A stretch of DNA of 64,000 nucleotides from Octopus vulgaris (taxonomy: Eukaryota): NCBI GenBank assembly GCA_951406725.2, contig OX597833.1:18414001-18478000 (forward strand), in the 5' to 3' direction. Both the position numbers and the translations under genes were made by a program. Shown here piece by piece: positions 28,077-42,100 of the stretch (positions within the stretch are counted from its first letter, which is position 1; each line of letters opens with the position of its first letter). Under the pieces are notes generated by a model. It was not told where the DNA came from. It saw nothing but the letters and a program-made list of their open reading frames with translations, and searched no databases.

Positions 28077-28142
28077 CGGGAAAGCGGAAGTCACGTCGCG
28101 GGTGATATATATATCACCCGCGACGTGACTTCCGCCTTCCCG
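28077..28142. repeat. 66-nt GC-rich palindrome (1 mismatch)
   Basis: CGGGAAAGCGGAAGTCACGTCGCGGGTGATATA|TATATCACCCGCGACGTGACTTCCGCCTTCCCG. Confidence 0.95.
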
Positions 28143-28438
28143 TCGTTCACCCGCGACGTCCCTTCCGCTGTTGTCTCTCTCGCCTGGCTCTCTCAAGGTA
28201 ATGGACGACATTTCTTTTGGCTCCGCTCGTCGACCATAAAAAATTCTGCGCTTGCAATACTTATTTCGTTCGGCGTCAACAGCCCTTCTTATCTTGTTTT
28301 TCCTTGTCTTGTCCTTACTGTTTACAATTTGTACTGTCGTTACTGTCCTGTTTTTACCATTTTTTACCCCTCTGTGAAAAGATCTCAGAATTTTAATTGA
28401 TTTGCTTTTCGCAGGAAGGAAAGTTTTCTTGTTGAAGA

Positions 28439-28501
28439 TACGTCTCGCTTTTATCCTTCGAAACGTAGAGTAGATGAAACCTTTAGCGACTGAAGAAGGG
28501 G
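28439..28501 (+). ncRNA. Candidate non-circularly permuted hammerhead, copy A
   Basis: TACGT-C-TCGCT...CTTC-GAA-ACGTA...AGCGA-CTGAAGA-A-GGGG. Stems III and I are perfect 5 bp; stem II is 4 bp with 2 GU pairs. Confidence 0.7.
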
Positions 28502-28721
28502 TTTTTTCTTTGTGTTAATTGTCCTGTACCCTATTTTTTTTTGCTGTTTTTAAATAAATGTCCAGTTCCTTTGGTTTGTGTCTATGTTTTCGTTTCTCAT
28601 TGTGTTCGACGTCCATCTGGTGTCCTGTACTCATATATGCGTGTATATGTACATGTAGAGGTAGGTACGTACATATATGTTTTATATATATGCATATGTT
28701 TTATTTTATTTATTGATATAT

Positions 28722-28787
<66 letters not shown>

Positions 28788-29177
28788 CTTTCTGTCTGTC
28801 TCTTTCTTTCAAAATGCATATATATACATATGTATATATGTGTGTGTGTGTACGTGGGCGCACGCCCTCACACACATACATACACATACATATATACATG
28901 CATACATACATACATACATATACACATATATTCATGCACAATTACACACACACACACATACACGCACACGTAGCTATGAATGTATCACTCTCACCCCCTC
29001 TCTCTCCCCCGACCTTCCATTCCTTCGTAGGCTGTAAGAGAAAGCAAGGAAATTTCATATTTGTATTAACCGTAACCCAAGCTGAGTATCTAAATACAAC
29101 TATTATTTCTACTCATTTAAAAAAAATGTATATATTCTATCTTTCTTGTATTCATTTTTATCTTATTTCGTTTATAT

Positions 29178-29678
<501 letters not shown>

Positions 29679-29880
29679 ACGCGCGCGCGTCTTTGTGTGG
29701 GTACCAACTTACAATGATGTCATATAAATAGTATCAGATGAACGGTCTTCAGAATCCAGGTTAGTGAAAGAATGTAAACTCATGGACCTTCACATGGGTA
29801 CAAGACAAACATGCAATCTTACACCCAATAATCATAGTTGTGCATACATTAAAATATACGTACATGCATATTTAGATATG

Positions 29881-31345
29881 TTTCTTTATTAGCTACACAG
29901 GGCTGGACACAGACGGGACAAATTACAAAGTAGAGCTTTTCTTTTTGGGGAGAGAAAAACAAAAGCAGTAGGGCAGGTTTTCGATCAAAAGGGATCGTAA
30001 AAAAGAAAGAAAAAAAATTATCAATAGGGATCGTGTATCACAGATATGTCATGATGTAAATTGTAAAGGGGGAAGCAGATAAGGTTTATCCATGGAAAGA
30101 AAAGCCTACAGAAAAGACCACGGTAACCTCGGTCATTAATGTCACAGGTTAATACATTTATTTGCAAGTAAGTAAATCTCTGTTTTAAATTTTTCCAGGT
30201 TCATAGGATCATGCTCAAGGTGGCTTCGTCATTCATACGTGCCATCCTTACTACATTCACCCATCTTTTTTTTAAAACATTCGCTAGACAAAACTTGCCT
30301 CTCTACTCTCACTTTTCTTTTCAAGTGATACTTGAAGAAGTTGATGAGAGATCGACCAGAGAGGAAAGTGTTTGTCTCTAATCCTTTCAGATGCGTCCAC
30401 CATATACATTCTTTCGCCATAGCCACAAGGATGATGAAAATAGGTCTTCCTTCCCGTTTGAAGGAAGGAGGCGTGACGATATTGACCATAGACTCGGCTG
30501 ATAAACCGACTCGTCCCACACGTGACAGCAGTCGTTCGACATATGCCCACAGGTCGGAAATGGTTGGACACTGCACGAGTGCGTGCAGAACGGTTTCGTC
30601 GCTCTGACCGCATCTCGAGCAGGTCGGCCCCATGTTTCTCGAGCTGTGTCTGTAGAGCTTATCCCAAACTGTTAGCGCTTCTCGGTAGCACTGCCAGGTC
30701 AGGGATCTCTGGAAGTTGTCCATAGGTCCTGGCCCGAAAGTCGACCTGAACAGGCGGGTCAGGTATTTCTCATCGACGCCCAGGTTCGCCCCGAGCTCGT
30801 CGTCGTACCTCCCCTCCACTAATACCCTATAGAAAGCTTTGTTTGTGTTGAAGTCGCTCAAGGTCGACCCGGGACGGCATAGTTGCTTGACAGCAACGCG
30901 ACACTTGCAGTGCCATTCGCTCTTCCTCGGCCTCTTTTTGATCCACGACTGCAGTTCGGTCGTGGAGACGAGCTGCAGGAAAGCGTGCCTCACAAACGGC
31001 GACCACACCTGTTCACCGTCGTCTACGAAGAGCCGGAGATGTCGCCGTCTCAGCGCGTGTCTGCGCATCATCAACCGCGGCATGCCCAGTCCTCCTTTTA
31101 ACGGGTGTTGACAGCAAATGGATCGCCTGACCATCGAGATGCATCCTTTCCACAAGAAGCGGAACAGAATGCATTCTAGTTTGGTGATGGTAGGGTCGGG
31201 ACAAGGCACAACGGTCAGGCGGTAGTAGATGACGGACGCGATGTACGTGTTCGCCACCTCCGCCCGACCATTTGGGACAGTTTCCTCTCGGCCCATTGCC
31301 GGGCGAAAGTGACCATCCTTGTCGTTATCTCGTTCCAGCTCTTCT
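29881..31345 (-). mobile_element. 5'-truncated L1/Tx1-like LINE: ORF2 C-terminus (ORF 30229-31296) and 3' UTR
   Basis: LFRFLWKG, KGGLGMP and zinc knuckle CSRCGQSDETVLHALVQC; the 3' end finishes AATAAAGAAA. Confidence 0.88.
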
Positions 31346-32184
31346 CCATTTGGAGGTCCTCTTCACCATTTTGCCTTTATTTATTTTGTTCATTCTTTCC
31401 TTTCATTCATTCATTTACTAATTCATTCATTCTTTATTTCATTTTTTTTCTATCTTTTGTATCACTCACATAGAGTTATTATGGCCTCGGCTTCTAAATC
31501 CCCTCGAAGCAGTCTGTTCTTATTCTCTCATTTTCTTCGCCAAGTTACCATTTTCAGACTTCACACGAAACATTTCACAGAAATCTTTCCTTCACACAAC
31601 TATTCTATGTGTTTTCACTACTTAGAGTATGAAAGATTATTGCCTGCATGCACTGGTGATCATCCGGAAACAACTATTCTTAGAAATATGTTTTTCAAAG
31701 ACCATCGTGCCCTGCACGAAGTCCCACAGCTTGTTCGTTTCCAATTATTAAATATGACCACGATTAACATTCCTTCTAATTTGTACCTATTATTCATTAG
31801 TCGAAAAGAAATAATAAAACATAAACAAGCTGACGCTGCCTTCTGCCCTGTTATAAACATTGCTAGGAGACATTTCATTGAAAAGCATAAACAATGGCGT
31901 ACTTAATGTCGTCTGGGCCGCTCGGTAGAGACATTTTACTGAGTCAAATGCACTACTTCATACATATTTAAGCAATTCCTGATCCTCATTGAGGTACTAG
32001 TACGACCCATATTTCAGTACGGCTCACATGTCTAAAATGGAACAGCCACTCCAAATAAAAAACTGTACGAACATTCTAGATCAACTTCCTCCATGTACCA
32101 CCCACTGAATTCCTTTATACTTTTCTCGGTAGCTTTACTATATTTTCTTTCCCATAAATTCTGTGGCAAAATCTTCATCTGAAC

Positions 32185-32828
32185 CAGTGGTTCTCGAGCA
32201 TTTTTTTGCCTATGGTCTCCTTTGACTTTTATTGTACCCAAGTAGACACTCATAGCCATTCGACATATGTAAAAACCATATTCTATTTTTATACTTAAAC
32301 TAGCAGTATCGCCCGGCGTTGCTCGGGTTTGTTTCGACCCTTTAGAATTGGAATTTTTGAAAAGTAAAAGTTTTGCATTATGTAGCTTGTTATTCTCTTT
32401 AAGAGAACATTTTTCTGGTTGAAATACACAGAAAAATGGCGACACAGCAGTCAAAAAGTAGTAAAAAAAAAAATAGGGATTTTCATAGAAAAAAACCACC
32501 TTTCTGATATAAATAATTCTTGTTAACAAGGTCCGATTTGATTATTTTCTTCTACGAAAGGAAGAGCAAGCCTTCTTCTATCATGCTCCCAATTTTGTCA
32601 AATAGTGTAATTTTGTCAGATAGTGTTACTTGAAGGTTACCAAACCTGCCATACACAGACAACTTCAGCTTTATATAGAGAGAGATATCATAAGGAATTG
32701 TATAGAAAAATTGTTAAAATATTTTGCGTATTGTAAAAGCAGAACCAATTTATTGCAGATAAATTTTAAAGATAAAAATCTAGTTTGGAACCCCAAGGCT
32801 CATGTGGACCCCGACTGAGAACCACTAA
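32185..32828. mobile_element. hAT-like MITE hosting a Helitron
   Basis: Ends CAGTGGTTCTC / TGAGAACCACT; related fragment at ~26750-26892. Confidence 0.7.
32300..32685 (-). mobile_element. Non-autonomous Helitron
   Basis: 5' TC, hairpin CCCGAGCAACGCCGGG, 3' CTAG, A|T site. Confidence 0.88.
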
Positions 32829-32880
32829 TCTAAATTTTGTTTTAGCATCTCTTTTTATTGTTTTGAGCTAACTCTCTTCA

Positions 32881-33104
32881 CTCTTTACGCTTTTACTCTT
32901 TTACTTGTTTCAGTCATTTAACTGCGGCCATGCTGGAGCACCGTCTTTAGTCGAGCAAATCGACCTCAGGACTTATTCATTGTAAGCCTAGTACTTATTC
33001 TATCGGTTTCTTTTGCCAAACTGCTAAGTTACAGGGATGTAGACACACCAGCATCGGTTGTCAAACGATGGTGGGGGTACAAACACAGACACACAAACAT
33101 ATAT

Positions 33105-33145
<41 letters not shown>

Positions 33146-33155
33146 CACACACACA

Positions 33156-33248
<93 letters not shown>

Positions 33249-33543
33249 AGAGTTTACGAAAAAAACAAAAGACGAAGACAGGTGGTGTACAAAACAAACA
33301 GATGTATTAGTATAACGCTCAGGAATAGAAAAAGTCTTTTACGTTTCGAGCCTATGCTCTTCTACAGAAAGGGACACAGAAAAAACAAGGAGAGAAAAAA
33401 AAAGTAGTGGCTAACGATATACATATACAAATACATATACATATACATATATACGACGGGCTACCTTCAGTTTCTGTGTACCAAATCCACTCACAAGGCT
33501 TTGGTCGGCCCGAGGCTATACTAGAAGACACTTGCCCAAGGTG
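32881..33543 (-). mobile_element. SINE family A (head truncated) with an HHR element inserted in its microsatellite at ~33246-33420
   Basis: SINE halves flank an unrelated ~175-bp segment. Confidence 0.85.
33336..33371 (-). ncRNA. Minimal hammerhead variant (CUGUAGA core)
   Basis: CTTT-CTGTAGA-A-GAGC-ATAG-GCTC-GAA-ACGT-A-AAAG. Confidence 0.7.
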
Positions 33544-34803
33544 TCAATGACATCGGTGCCGTTAAAATCGATAGTGGCAGGAAATTCAAGGATATACAGA
33601 GTTTTTCAGAAAGTTTACATTCTGTGAAGGAAGGAATAGCCGTATTGGTTATCACGGTGTCTAAGACTGAGTGGACACAATAGAGGTACCAAAAAGAGGA
33701 GAAATGAATGTGTCGAAATTGCCTGTGAGTGCAATAGGAAACCAAGCAGCAAAGTCTTATACTGTAGTAGCGGTAGAAAACTTAAAACACATTTGTCAGT
33801 CAGAGGTAGAGTGTGGTTCTTACTACATGGATTAACATGGAAACATCTGAGCAAAACATTACTCATCCACCCCTATCAAAATACGTCTTTTCTCAAATTT
33901 AATAAAATATTTCTAACATTTGGTATAAATTTACAGGGCAATGAAGAATTGATTAAGTTGACTCCCTAATTGTGGACTGATATTAATTTTAATAAACTCG
34001 AAAATGACGAAAAGATTCTAGCTAAATGCCAGAAGACATTTCGTCCGGTAAGCAACCGATTTTGCCATCCAGCGGAAAAAGAAAAACACTACGCCGAAAG
34101 AAATAGTTTCATTTGTCGTCTGCTTTTTGCTCTAAGAAAAGTTTACTAAAGGCCACTTATACTAAAAAGACCGTGCACCGAAAGAAACCGTACACTTGAT
34201 GCCATCAGAGCCTGGTTTGCGTTAGAAGTTTCACTAGGTCACGTGCACCATGTGAAGAACGCTATGTCAAAGGAAGTAGTACCTCAGTTATCGTCTGCTT
34301 ACAGCTGCGATAAAAGTGTGTCTATCACAAACTCATTGAAACATTAATAAATAAACAAACAATATTGCACCAGAAGAGGTAATACATTAGATGCAGCCTC
34401 TCTCTTTCTCTCTCTCTGTCTATCTTTCTATCTATCTATCTATCTATCTCTTTTGCATCAGACGTTTTACTAAGGCACACGAAATATATGGAAAAACATT
34501 GGAAAGAGGTTGTAGTAACTGTGTTGTCTGTCGTCTGCCCACATATGAGATAGAAAACCTCAATATAGAAACCTCAGTATCAAGACGTTCGCTCCTGGAA
34601 GAAGAATAATGTCAACAATGGTTAGTACAGTTGATTCAGCTGAAACTGTTTATATCGACTTTAGTGCATCATTATTCTCTTCGTGTTTATTAAAAGATGA
34701 AATCTTTTTATATATTCATACACTTACATAACATGCACTCATAGACACATATCATAGATTGTACTCATAGACACACGTAAAACACACACACATTCTCTCT
34801 CTC

Positions 34804-34848
<45 letters not shown>

Positions 34849-35548
34849 TACATGCACATTTTCTCTCACTCCACCCACACTCTCTTTCGTCCACGCGCTC
34901 TCTCTCTCTCTCTCTCTTACATACACCCATACACACACATACATGTATATACACACATATATACACATGTAAATACATGTGAATGAGCTCAAGTGTAAGT
35001 GTGTGTGTGTGTGTGTGTGTGTGCATGTCTGTACATTTTCATTAGTTATATAACGAGATTATTTTTTTGAAGTATATCTTTGTCAGAGAAAGTTCGTAAT
35101 ACCGTGAGTTGTTAAGAATGCGACGAGACAAAAGAAAGATTAAGAAAGAGAGAAGTGAGAGAGTGAGAGAGAAAGGAGAGAAGGAGAGAGGGAGGGTGAT
35201 GGGAGAGCTAATAGATAATTTATGAATGAAAAGAAACTGGGTTCCCGAGCTCAGAATTTAAATGTATACTAGAGGGCCATAGGGCTAACATTCAGTGCAA
35301 AGGTATTGCCAGATTCTAAAGTCACGGGAAGCAAGCACATAAAAAGAAAGGTGCCGCGACACATACCAAGTAATATTTAACTCATTTCTTTCATATTACA
35401 CGAAATATTTCGTTAGTTGAAATAGGCGCAGGCGAGGTTGTGTGGTAAGAAGCTTGCTTCCCAACCACAGGTTCCGGGTTCAGTTCCCCTGCGTGACACC
35501 TTGGACGAGTATCTTCTATTATAGCCTCGAACCGTCCAAAACCTTGTG

Positions 35549-35680
35549 CTAGACAAGACTAGACAAAAAAGGAGCTGTGACAGAGAGTCACTCTGGAAAA
35601 TGCCACATGAAATGCTTACATCTCCAGCATTGAGAGATTCATTGTCACTGTTCAAAGTCATTGTGGTTCTCCATGATAAA
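35549..35680 (-). pseudogene. R4/Dong-like RT fragment
   Basis: ISCGIFQSDSLSQLLFCLVL matches the GIFQGDSLSPLLFC-type RT motif. Confidence 0.7.
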
Positions 35681-35701
35681 TATTGTTATTTATTATTATT
35701 A

Positions 35702-35763
<62 letters not shown>

Positions 35764-36165
35764 AGTACCAGTTACGCACTGGTGTCGATATAATCGACTT
35801 ACTCCCTTGGTCTGTCCTTGTTTGTCCTCTCTATGTTTAGCCCCTTGAGGGCAATAAAGAATTATTATTGTTGTTGTTGCTGTTATTATTAAGGCGCCGA
35901 GCTGACAGAATCGTTAGCAGGCCGAGCGAATTGCTTAGCAGTATTTCGTCTGCCGCTAAGTTCTGAGTTCGAATTCCGCCGAGTTCGACTTTGCTTTTCA
36001 TCCTTTCGGGGTCGATTAAATAAGTACCAGTTACACACTGGGGTCGATGTAATCGACTGTTCCCCTCCCCCAAGCTGCCCTTGTGGCAAAAATTTGAAAT
36101 CATTATCATTATTATTATTGTTGTTGTTGTTGTTATTGTTATTATTATTATTATTATCATCATCA

Positions 36166-36240
<75 letters not shown>

Positions 36241-36959
36241 CTACTGCATTTGTATCTTTCAGCCCTTGTGGCTAACCAAGAAATCGCCATCGTCGTCGTC
36301 GTAGTCGCCATCGCCACCGCGGCCGTCGTCGTCGTCGTTGCAGTTGCTGTTGTTATTTTTTAAATTCGAGCTGCACAAACTGTACACATTGTCGTTCTGT
36401 AAAGTTTTTTAAACTCTCTCTCGCCTTTTCTTCCAGTTCCTCCGATGATATTTTGAATTTTTGGTTCTGGAGCTTATTTATTACATACTCAGTGAAGGAA
36501 AAAAAATACAAAGGTTTTTTTAAAGTTTTTTTTTTCTCTAGTTAGACAAGCCACAGCTATTTGTTTTTTTTGTTTTTTTGCCGTCGTCTGCGTTTTAGCA
36601 AATAATCAAAATATATATAAATGTCATCAGCGTTGACATTTCAAGAGAGAAACGCTGGGAGGCAATCCTGACAGACGAGAGGTAGTAGCCACTTCAGAAA
36701 CTGCCGCTTGTCGAGAGGAAAAAAAAAAACTGATTATATCCGAACATTTTACGGAAAAATTTTGTCGCAACATCATCACCAACAACAGCAACATCAAGAA
36801 CACCAACAACTTCCAACATGTCTAGAACCAAAAACGACGCCAAAGACGAAAAAGCTATAAAACTATTCAACGATAATAATTTTCATTTCAATATTTTTAA
36901 TGGAAAGAGACTGCTAGCTTTGCCTGTTTTAAGGGAAAGCAACAGTAATATCCTTCCTG

Positions 36960-37460
36960 CTTAAAGCACAGGGCCTGAAGTTTTGGGGAAAGGGAAAGTC
37001 GATTGCATCGAACCCAGCGCTCAATTGGTACTTATTTTATAGACCATGGCGAAATTTGAACTGAGAATGTAACGACAGATGAAAAGCTGTTAAGCATTTT
37101 GTTTGACGTGCTAACGATTCTTATTTCTTTATTGCCCACAAGGGGCTACACACAGAGGGGACAAACAAGGACAGACAAACGGATTAAGTCGATTATATCG
37201 ACCCCAGTGCGTAACTGGTACTTATTTAATCGCCCCCGAAAAGATGAAAGGCAAAGTCGACCTCGGCGGAATTTGAACTCAGAACGTAGCGGCAGACGAA
37301 ATACCTATTTCTTTACTGCCCACAAGGGGCTGCACACAGAGGGGACAAACAAGGACAGAACGTAAAGTGGACCTCAGAACGCAAAGTGAACCTCAGAAAA
37401 AGTAATTGCTGCTAAGCATTTTTCCCAGCGTTCTAACGATTCCACCAGCTCGCCGCCATG
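36960..37460 (-). mobile_element. Nested or multimeric SINE B cluster (another copy at 35890-36100, +)
   Basis: Cores and tails repeated with the recurrent junctions. Confidence 0.8.
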
Positions 37461-38404
37461 AGTAATAACAGTCATATCACCATCATTAACAACAACGAGA
37501 AGTAAAGAGAGAAAGAAAAATAATAAAAACAACAAAATCGCCATCTTCACTAATGTTTCCACTATTGCAACGGCGACTAGACAACACGTTCCACCCTGCA
37601 ATTCTGTACGCCAAAACCTCATCCACCTCCACCATCAAAAGCATAATATTTCCCTTTTCTTTTTCCTTTTTCCTTTTTTCTTTTTTTTTTCTTTTTTATG
37701 CTTTTCTACCACCCTCGTTGCCGCTACTACCACCACCACCACTCATTGTGGCGGCCGGAACCATCAGCCGCAGGTTATTTCTGTTCTTTATATTTCTTTA
37801 TATAGACAGAAACAGACTTGTAAAACGCCCAAAATCTAGTCTGGAGTAACAGCAGTTGAACTACATTATTCGTTACAACGAAAGCTCCTGGAGAAAACAA
37901 CCCAGAGAACAATTACTTACTAGTATCTAAAGGTTAAGAGCTGCCGAGTATAAAGGGCCACATAAACCTTTCTGGAAAAGTAATTGAGAGGAATTTTCTT
38001 TCTTGAGCCCTAGGACACATAATGGTCACTTACCCGGTCTCCATGATATATAAGTGACCGAAATCACAATATTTCCCATGATTGAGATACCGGTCCGTCG
38101 CAGGATTTTGAAGAGTGATAAATTTAATCTCGGCGGGATTTGAACTCAGGTTGTAAAGAGTAGGAAGAAATGCCTGTCAGTATTTGAACTAACGATTCTG
38201 CCATCACACCGCCTAGTAGAGAGGCATGTAGGAGATTAAAAAGAGTGTCCCAAGATAAAGATAGTTTGACGGTAGAACATTAAGTATCATTGACCAACCA
38301 TTCGCCAACTACTCAATTTCCCTTAATCCCGATCACAAAAGCAAAACAGTAGCCTCTCCCATCAAACTTGTTGGTCTTGTGCCAAAATCCGAAACAAATT
38401 ATAT

Positions 38405-38690
38405 ATAGTGTGTGTTTCCTAATTAGAATAGCCTCTTTTATTTGCAAATTTCCAATGTTCCTTTCTATAGTTTCAGTAGAAAATTGAATGTCTTGGGTGT
38501 GGCTTTTGTGAAGATGTTTTTTGACAGAAAAGGCATTAGTATACCGCTGTTCTCCAATGCGTATGTGTACTTGTCTGATGGCACTTTCGGTGGGCATTTC
38601 GTTGCATTGGTTGCATAGGATTTTATACACCAGATAGGACTGCAGGCATATATTTTCATTTTTGATCAGACAATTAGGCAGTGTATATAT
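38405..38690 (-). pseudogene. Penelope-like GIY-YIG endonuclease relic
   Basis: LVYKILCNQCNE...RQVHIRIGEQ...SVKKHL...LQIKEAILIRK. Confidence 0.75.
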
Positions 38691-38739
38691 GCATATATAT
38701 ATACATACACACCCAAAAAAACAAAAAATAATTATAACC

Positions 38740-38818
<79 letters not shown>

Positions 38819-39106
38819 CTCCTAATTGATTCTAATACGGACATTCGGACCTCACAAGTACATCAATGTATTTATATTTATATGTTTATATATTTATAAA
38901 TTCTTATACGTTTATAAATTTTATATACTTCTGAATTTTTATATATCTATAATTCTTCGTATGATTATATGTGTATATAAGTTCTTATAAATTTTTATCA
39001 TGTTTCATATATGTGAATCTTTGTATATTGTGGAGAATTTCGATAATTTGAGATGGATTGAATGAATATATACACCGACCCCTGAAATTTGCTTCTCTTC
39101 TTTTTA

Positions 39107-39206
<100 letters not shown>

Positions 39207-39211
39207 TATAC

Positions 39212-39256
<45 letters not shown>

Positions 39257-39486
39257 TACATATATATATGTATATACATATACATATATATATATACATA
39301 TATATATACACATATATACATATACATCTCTCTCTCTCTATATATATATATATACATATATATACATATATATATACATATATATATACATATATATATA
39401 CATATATATATATACATATATATATGTATATACATATACATATACATATATATATACATATATATATACACATATATACATATACA

Positions 39487-39518
<32 letters not shown>

Positions 39519-39707
39519 CATATATATACATATATATGTATGACAGGCTTCTTTCAGTTCCCGTCTACCAAATCCACTCAAGGTTTCAGTCGGTCCGAGG
39601 TTATAGTAGAAGACACTTGCCCAAGGTGAGTGGGACTGAACCCGAAACCATATGGCTGGGAAGGAAGCTTCCTACCACACAGCCACACCTGCGCCTGCAC
39701 ACCCACG

Positions 39708-39781
<74 letters not shown>

Positions 39782-39942
39782 TAGAAAAAAACACCTTTTA
39801 TCAATTCAACAATGAAAAAATTAAATTATACCATATAGAAAAAAATTACATCCTATAGAAAAAATTAAATATAAGATAGAAACATATACCAATGATTAAG
39901 TAATGTGCAAAATAATAAATAAAACGTATATATTTGGTAAAA

Positions 39943-40024
39943 TGACTACCCGCGTTTTGTGGCTATATTTAAGAAATGATAACAGTAAAATCAATTCAAT
40001 TTAAATATAGCCACTCTTTAGGTA
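39943..40024 (-). ncRNA. Decayed type I hammerhead, same family as 43918-44006
   Basis: CTAAAGA-GTGGCTATATTTA...TAAATATAGCCAC-AAAACGCGGGTA: perfect 13-bp stem II, mutated core. Confidence 0.5.
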
Positions 40025-40841
40025 AAGCTAAAAACAATAAAATAATTAAATAAATAAATATATGTAAATAATGTTGTAAAATACGAAATATCTTTAAAAA
40101 TATATTCTGGTGTAACTAAAGATACAAGAAAAAGGTATAAATATTTATTATATCTATAAATATAAAAATTTTAATTAATATAAGAAAAGAATAACAAACT
40201 ATAATATATATCATATTTTTATTTACTCCAGAATATATTTGTTAAGATATTTCGTATTTTACAACATTATATATGTATGTTTATTTATTTATGGCGGTAT
40301 TTGAACTCAGAACGTAGCGGCAGACGAAATACTGCTAAGCATTTCGCCCGGCGTGGTAACGTTTCTGTCAGCTCACCGCTGCGAAATATTATCTTGATTT
40401 AAATATATCTATTAAGATTAAAGAACCATTTGTTTCTTTCCCATCGGAAAGTACGACAGGACTTTCCTTCCAGCCTAATAATTTTTGATAACTTGGGTAG
40501 TCTAGCACTAAATATAAGTCGTAATTAATACTCTTGGAACAAAGTTTCACAAACTGGTCGTTTGCCCGATACTTACATTATTCTATCCGTTATAAAAAAA
40601 AAAGCAAAACCGTTAAATAAAAACATAAAGTGGTCAACCAGTTGTTGTTGTTGTTGTTGTTGTTGTTTTGTTGTTGTTTTGTTGTTGTTTTCTGAAACAC
40701 TGGCGAAGTAAGTGGAAAACAAGATAACAGTAACAAAAACTAGCTGAGGCTGTCTGGAAAAGTTGAAAAGAAAAACAAATGCTATTATAGCCTAAAAGTA
40801 AGTAAAACCTTGAGAGCACAGACAGGTTTAAGAGAAAATGA

Positions 40842-41120
<279 letters not shown>

Positions 41121-41471
41121 ATCTTTGGATCAAGGGTGGGAGCAGAGCCAGGAAATCTGGGTGTGTCTACTGGCAACTAAAAACAGAACTAGTATTCAAA
41201 ACTACCTCTAATAACCTGGTGACTAGATATAGTTGTAGAGAGAAACTTAAGACGGGCGCATACCAGTGAATGTACTAAATGAGAAAAGGAGAATCGGAGA
41301 GTTTGTTGATGTAAAGGTTTGCACGGTGAACGTTGTATACAAACACACTTCATTGTGTATTTGTAAACATATCCACGCACACACACACATGCACCATACG
41401 TCACCGTATGTATATATACTCATAGTTATACACGGATGTACACATGTACAGATACATGTGTTCATAAATAC

Positions 41472-41571
<100 letters not shown>

Positions 41572-42037
41572 TCGTACCTCTGATTCACGTGTAAACATAC
41601 GTTCCGAAATCCAGAGTGATTCTGATCCCGCGCATCTCGGATAAGGGATTACTAATTCTGCTCCCGCGCGCGCGCGCGCGTGTGTGTGTGTGTTGTGTGT
41701 GTGTGCGTGTGTGTGTGTTTTATGTGTGCTATGTATGCATGTGTGTGTGTGTATTGTGTGTTGTGTATGTGCGTATGTTGTGTGCTGTGCGTTTTGCGTG
41801 TAGCGTGTTGTGTGTTGTGTGTGTGAGTGTATGTGTGCAAGTGAGTGAGTGTGTATGCAAGAGATGAGTGTGTGTCTCTGTATGTATGTGTGTGTGCATG
41901 CATGTACACACACACATACACATGCGCACACAGATACACAGCGCAGCACAGTAATATCTAAATCAGTGATTCCCAACCTTTTTATGTAAATGAGCTTTTT
42001 TCCAGGGACCCCTTTTAATATGCTTAACTCTTGAAGA

Positions 42038-42100
42038 CTCATATTGTCGTTGAATGCCCGAAATAAGGAGTAGATAGGCAACCGACAACTGATGAAGGGT
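42038..42100 (+). ncRNA. Candidate non-circularly permuted hammerhead, copy B
   Basis: CTCAT-A-TTGTCG...GCCC-GAA-ATAAG...CGACAA-CTGATGA-A-GGGT. Stem I is 6 bp, stem II 4 bp, stem III 4 of 5. Confidence 0.7.

Noticed and set aside
31319-31906. 195-aa ORF
   Set aside because: Low-complexity start, no motif, and it overlaps a LINE edge
33545-33870. Possible LINE ORF2 3' relic on the minus strand
   Set aside because: Too decayed to assign a clade
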